DNA of 37,051 nt, from contig JANOCJ010000363.1 in the NCBI GenBank assembly GCA_031412115.1, positions 1-37,051 on the forward strand. The letters are read 5' to 3'. The notes under the pieces were generated by a model. That model was not told the origin of the DNA, ran no database searches, and saw only the letters and a program-made list of their open reading frames with translations. The stretch's first letter is position 1. Each line of letters starts with the position of its first letter. This stretch comes from Flavobacteriales bacterium. GTDB lineage: Bacteria; Bacteroidota; Bacteroidia; CAMBQF01. The position numbers and the translations under genes were made by a program. Positions 34,535 through 37,051 of the stretch are shown one piece after another.

Positions 34535-35304
34535 TTTAAAAAGCCGCTACCTTCGGCGGGCTTTATTAACCGTAGTTCCAGCCATTCGGCGGGGGCAAAT
34601 TCTTTCAGCCCTTTGTAATTATCTATACCGAATTTATCTTCGAACTTGCGGCGTATTTCTATGTCAGAATTAAAGCTGATGTGCTTGATGTAATCAATTT
34701 CAAAACCGCATTGGCGAAAGGCATCTAACGTTTGCGAAAGCCCTAAAGTGCTATAGCTGTAGTTAACGTTCATGTTTTTTATCACCTCGTTTATGCGGGT
34801 CTGTGCAGCTTCATCTAACGATATTTTGTAAAAAAAATCTTTTATGTAAACAAAAGCGCCGGGCTTTAATACCTCGTAAACGCCTTGTACCACTTGGGCT
34901 ACATTGCTTGCATGCCCCAGCGATTCAAGAAACAACGCACCATCAAAAGTGTTTTGTTTGAAGTATTGCGGCAGGTTGTGGTAATCGCCTTCGGTAACGT
35001 CAATTATCTTATCAAGCCTACGGGCATTAACGCGCTGTTTTGCAATGCCTGCCTGCTGTGGCGATACAGTTAAACAACTGAATTTTACGCCTGCCTTTTC
35101 GGCCATGGCAATAGCAGGGCCGCTTACACCCGAACCTGCATCCAGTATATGCTGGCCTTTTTGCAAGCCTGCATTTTGGGCGGTATAGGTTGCCAACTCA
35201 CCATCGCTGGTGGGGCGAAACGCCTGTATTACATCGCCATACACGTCAAGGTACTTTACCGTCCACTCGTCGTAGTATTGCTTTACTTCCTCAACAGTTG
35301 CCAT
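34519..35304 (-). CDS. Class I SAM-dependent methyltransferase (SMT/CFA-synthase-like N-terminal YYDxW...YG pattern)
   Basis: 261 aa with QYYDEWTVKYLDVYGDVIQAF, motif I ILDAGSGVSGPA and a later acidic/loop LFLESLGH. Confidence 0.82.
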   Translation of the reverse strand: MATVEEVKQYYDEWTVKYLDVYGDVIQAFRPTSDGELATYTAQNAGLQKGQHILDAGSGVSGPAIAMAEKAGVKFSCLTVSPQQAGIAKQRVNARRLDKIIDVTEGDYHNLPQYFKQNTFDGALFLESLGHASNVAQVVQGVYEVLKPGAFVYIKDFFYKISLDEAAQTRINEVIKNMNVNYSYSTLGLSQTLDAFRQCGFEIDYIKHISFNSDIEIRRKFEDKFGIDNYKGLKEFAPAEWLELRLIKPAEGSGFLKWLGL

Positions 35305-35306
35305 TG

Positions 35307-36167
35307 TTATGCTGTCTCCAAACCGGCGTTAGCCATTATCTCTTTAAACTTTTTGTAGTTGATGCGTGGGTGCTGATACTCTACCACACGGCTGCTTTTT
35401 ACCTCCTTCGGCTCCTCTTTAATATGAAAATTAAAGTTCAGAAAGAAGTCTTGGTCAACCAAAAGCTCGCGGTATTCGGTTTTAAACAACGATTTTTTGC
35501 GATAGTAATGTATAGCAGGGGCCACTATAGGCTTGGCTATTACCTGTATTACCAAACGGGCATAGCCGCCTTGGTTTGGTTTTGAATAATGGATAATGCT
35601 ATCGTCAAAAATCAAGGCCTCGCCAGCTTTTACGGTTACCGGTTTTAGGTAATCGTGCTTCAACTCCTCAATATACCCTTTAAAAAACCAAGGGATTGTT
35701 GGGCTGCGGTGTATGTTGCGAAAGGTGCGATGCGTACCGGGAATAAACTCCAACGCGCCGCTGTTTTCGCCCACATCAACCAAAGGGGCCCAAACCGATA
35801 CTGAGGTAAATTTATGCTCATCAACAAAGTCCCAGTTTTGGTGTACGGGTACTTCGCCAAGGCCGTGTTCTTTATTTACAAAATTTATAACCAAAGGCTC
35901 GTAGCCGTTTAAATACTTATCAAGCGCGGGGGCAAATACTTTAGAGAGGGTTTCAAACACCTTGCGTTTATACTCCCTATTCGAATCGAGAAAAGAGAAA
36001 TGGTAGCTAACGCTTTTATCCTGTGTGTTAAAACGCTCGTTGGGTTTTTGCTCTTCGTGAAAGCGGCGCAGTTCGGCTATTGTTTCTTCGTCAAACAGCT
36101 TCACTTTTACATAGCCCATTTTATCAAACTCCGCCTGTAACTTATCGTCTAGTAATACTCTGTGCAT
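35307..36167 (-). CDS. PhyH-family oxygenase-like protein with HxN in place of HxD (array member 1)
   Basis: 286 aa. VHQNWDFVDE aligns with VHQDWTFVDE and MHTDWSIYDE of the paralogs. The codons CAC CAA AAC were read on the minus strand at 35843-35835. WAPLVDVGENSGALEFIPGTH, IHYSKPN and YARLV are retained. Confidence 0.78.
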   Translation of the reverse strand: MHRVLLDDKLQAEFDKMGYVKVKLFDEETIAELRRFHEEQKPNERFNTQDKSVSYHFSFLDSNREYKRKVFETLSKVFAPALDKYLNGYEPLVINFVNKEHGLGEVPVHQNWDFVDEHKFTSVSVWAPLVDVGENSGALEFIPGTHRTFRNIHRSPTIPWFFKGYIEELKHDYLKPVTVKAGEALIFDDSIIHYSKPNQGGYARLVIQVIAKPIVAPAIHYYRKKSLFKTEYRELLVDQDFFLNFNFHIKEEPKEVKSSRVVEYQHPRINYKKFKEIMANAGLETA

Positions 36168-36187
36168 GGTTTCAATAATTTAAAACT

Positions 36188-36195
36188 CAAAGATA
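36188..36195 (-). promoter_or_regulatory. Candidate -7 box (TAnnTTTG) for the PhyH/methyltransferase/radical SAM operon
   Basis: Plus-strand CAAAGATA is minus-strand TATCTTTG. It lies 20 nt upstream of the ATG at 36167, within the 78 bp gap. Confidence 0.3.
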
Positions 36196-36245
36196 ATGTA
36201 CTAAAATAAGCAAAAAGTATGATAATTGTCAATAAAAGGTGATTT

Positions 36246-37051
36246 TTACTCCTCCGCCTTTTGGTTGGCATTGCCTCTTTTATCAAACAAGTGGGTAAAC
36301 TCATCAACCGTATTTACCTGCTTAACAAAAGGCAGCTTTTTAATGCTTTTTTGGTTGGTTACCAGTTTAATGTAGTTAACTATATAAACAGTAGCGCCTT
36401 GGGCCTGTTCGGGCTTCTCAGCTTTAAACTTTTTAATATGGTAGTTGGCCCAAAAAATGGCCATATCGTGCTGATTTTTTTTGTTGTACCAAGTGCGCAC
36501 AAAATATAGAAAATACTTCTCAAGCGTTGGGGGCGTATACACCGGTTTATTGGGCAAAGCAACCTCATCATTAAACACCGAGCGCATGGGCTGTAGGCTA
36601 TCTTTTTGGTACTCAAGTGTTATCCACCCTACATTGGCCATAGGGTTGGGCGCATACATACCCCAGTGTTGCCCAAAGGGGCTTAATTCTTTTAGCGGAA
36701 AGTTGCGCGTATCAAGCACAAAGCGCCCGCCATTTTTAGGGAGGAATGATTTTTTTAGCGGGGTATGAAACACATAAAACATAAGGTTCATAAAGACCAT
36801 ACCGGCAATACTGGCAATAAGGATGTTGCGGGAAACATTACCTAAATTAGCGTAGGGTGTTTTTGAAGTAATTGACGGTATTTGCTTAATACGTAGGCGC
36901 AGTTTCTCCCAAAAAGAAGCAGGCAAAAACAGGGTTGCCATAGTTATAGATATGTAGGAAAAAGTACCCACATCAGAAAACATTAAAATACCAACATGCA
37001 ATGCATAAACCAGTAAAATAGCGGCATAACGCAGGCCATTGCCTTTGCTAA
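36246..37051 (-). CDS. Polytopic membrane protein, 5'-truncated by the window edge (possibly HTTM/gamma-carboxylase-like domain)
   Basis: The tracked ORF starts at TTG 37001, but the same frame stays open to nt 37051 (...SKGNGLRYAAILLVYALHVGILMF...), so the gene probably begins outside the window. The hydrophobic N-terminal part and the HWGMYAPNP motif faintly recall HTTM-domain proteins. The family call is tentative. Confidence 0.55.
   Translation of the reverse strand, partial: SKGNGLRYAAILLVYALHVGILMFSDVGTFSYISITMATLFLPASFWEKLRLRIKQIPSITSKTPYANLGNVSRNILIASIAGMVFMNLMFYVFHTPLKKSFLPKNGGRFVLDTRNFPLKELSPFGQHWGMYAPNPMANVGWITLEYQKDSLQPMRSVFNDEVALPNKPVYTPPTLEKYFLYFVRTWYNKKNQHDMAIFWANYHIKKFKAEKPEQAQGATVYIVNYIKLVTNQKSIKKLPFVKQVNTVDEFTHLFDKRGNANQKAEE

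Noticed and set aside
1-37051. CRISPR arrays, rRNA genes and IS elements with terminal inverted repeats
   Set aside because: I scanned for regularly spaced direct repeats, rRNA-like conserved segments and transposase ORFs and saw none.

Overview
This 37 kb window is probably from a Bacteroidota genome of the Sphingobacteriia type. The taxon is inferred from T9SS C-terminal sorting tails, CarboxypepD_reg-type TonB-dependent receptors and TAnnTTTG -7 promoter boxes. It splits into four blocks. (1) 1-2530 is housekeeping: a HIT protein fragment, gltX, folB, a small Cys-rich CWC protein and tRNA-Cys. (2) 2514-9067 is an AT-rich integrative element of about 6.5 kb inserted in the 3' end of tRNA-Cys. 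It is bounded by an 18 bp direct repeat and carries a tyrosine integrase, an excisionase-like HTH protein, an HUH Rep-like protein, an XRE regulator, a serine recombinase and a 593 aa membrane cargo protein. (3) 9303-18029 holds tRNA-Phe, two TonB-dependent receptors, a lamin-tail-domain/T9SS-secreted protein and an MsbA-like ABC exporter, with a palindrome-rich convergent intergenic region. (4) 18097 to the window end is the most interesting part: a tightly packed locus of about 20 genes in two arms. It encodes an acyl-AMP/CoA ligase, an ACP-like protein, KAS III, GT2, a PseH-like GNAT, a UbiA prenyltransferase, GT32, GT4, DUF4184 and a secreted protein. It also encodes two paralogous radical SAM enzymes whose SPASM/twitch-like Cys motif lies N-terminal to the CX3CX2C core, six PhyH-family Fe(II)/2OG oxygenases (five in one translationally coupled array, one with HxN replacing HxD) and a class I methyltransferase. 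I cannot assign this locus to any named pathway. All calls come from reading the translations and the DNA by eye; no searches were run.
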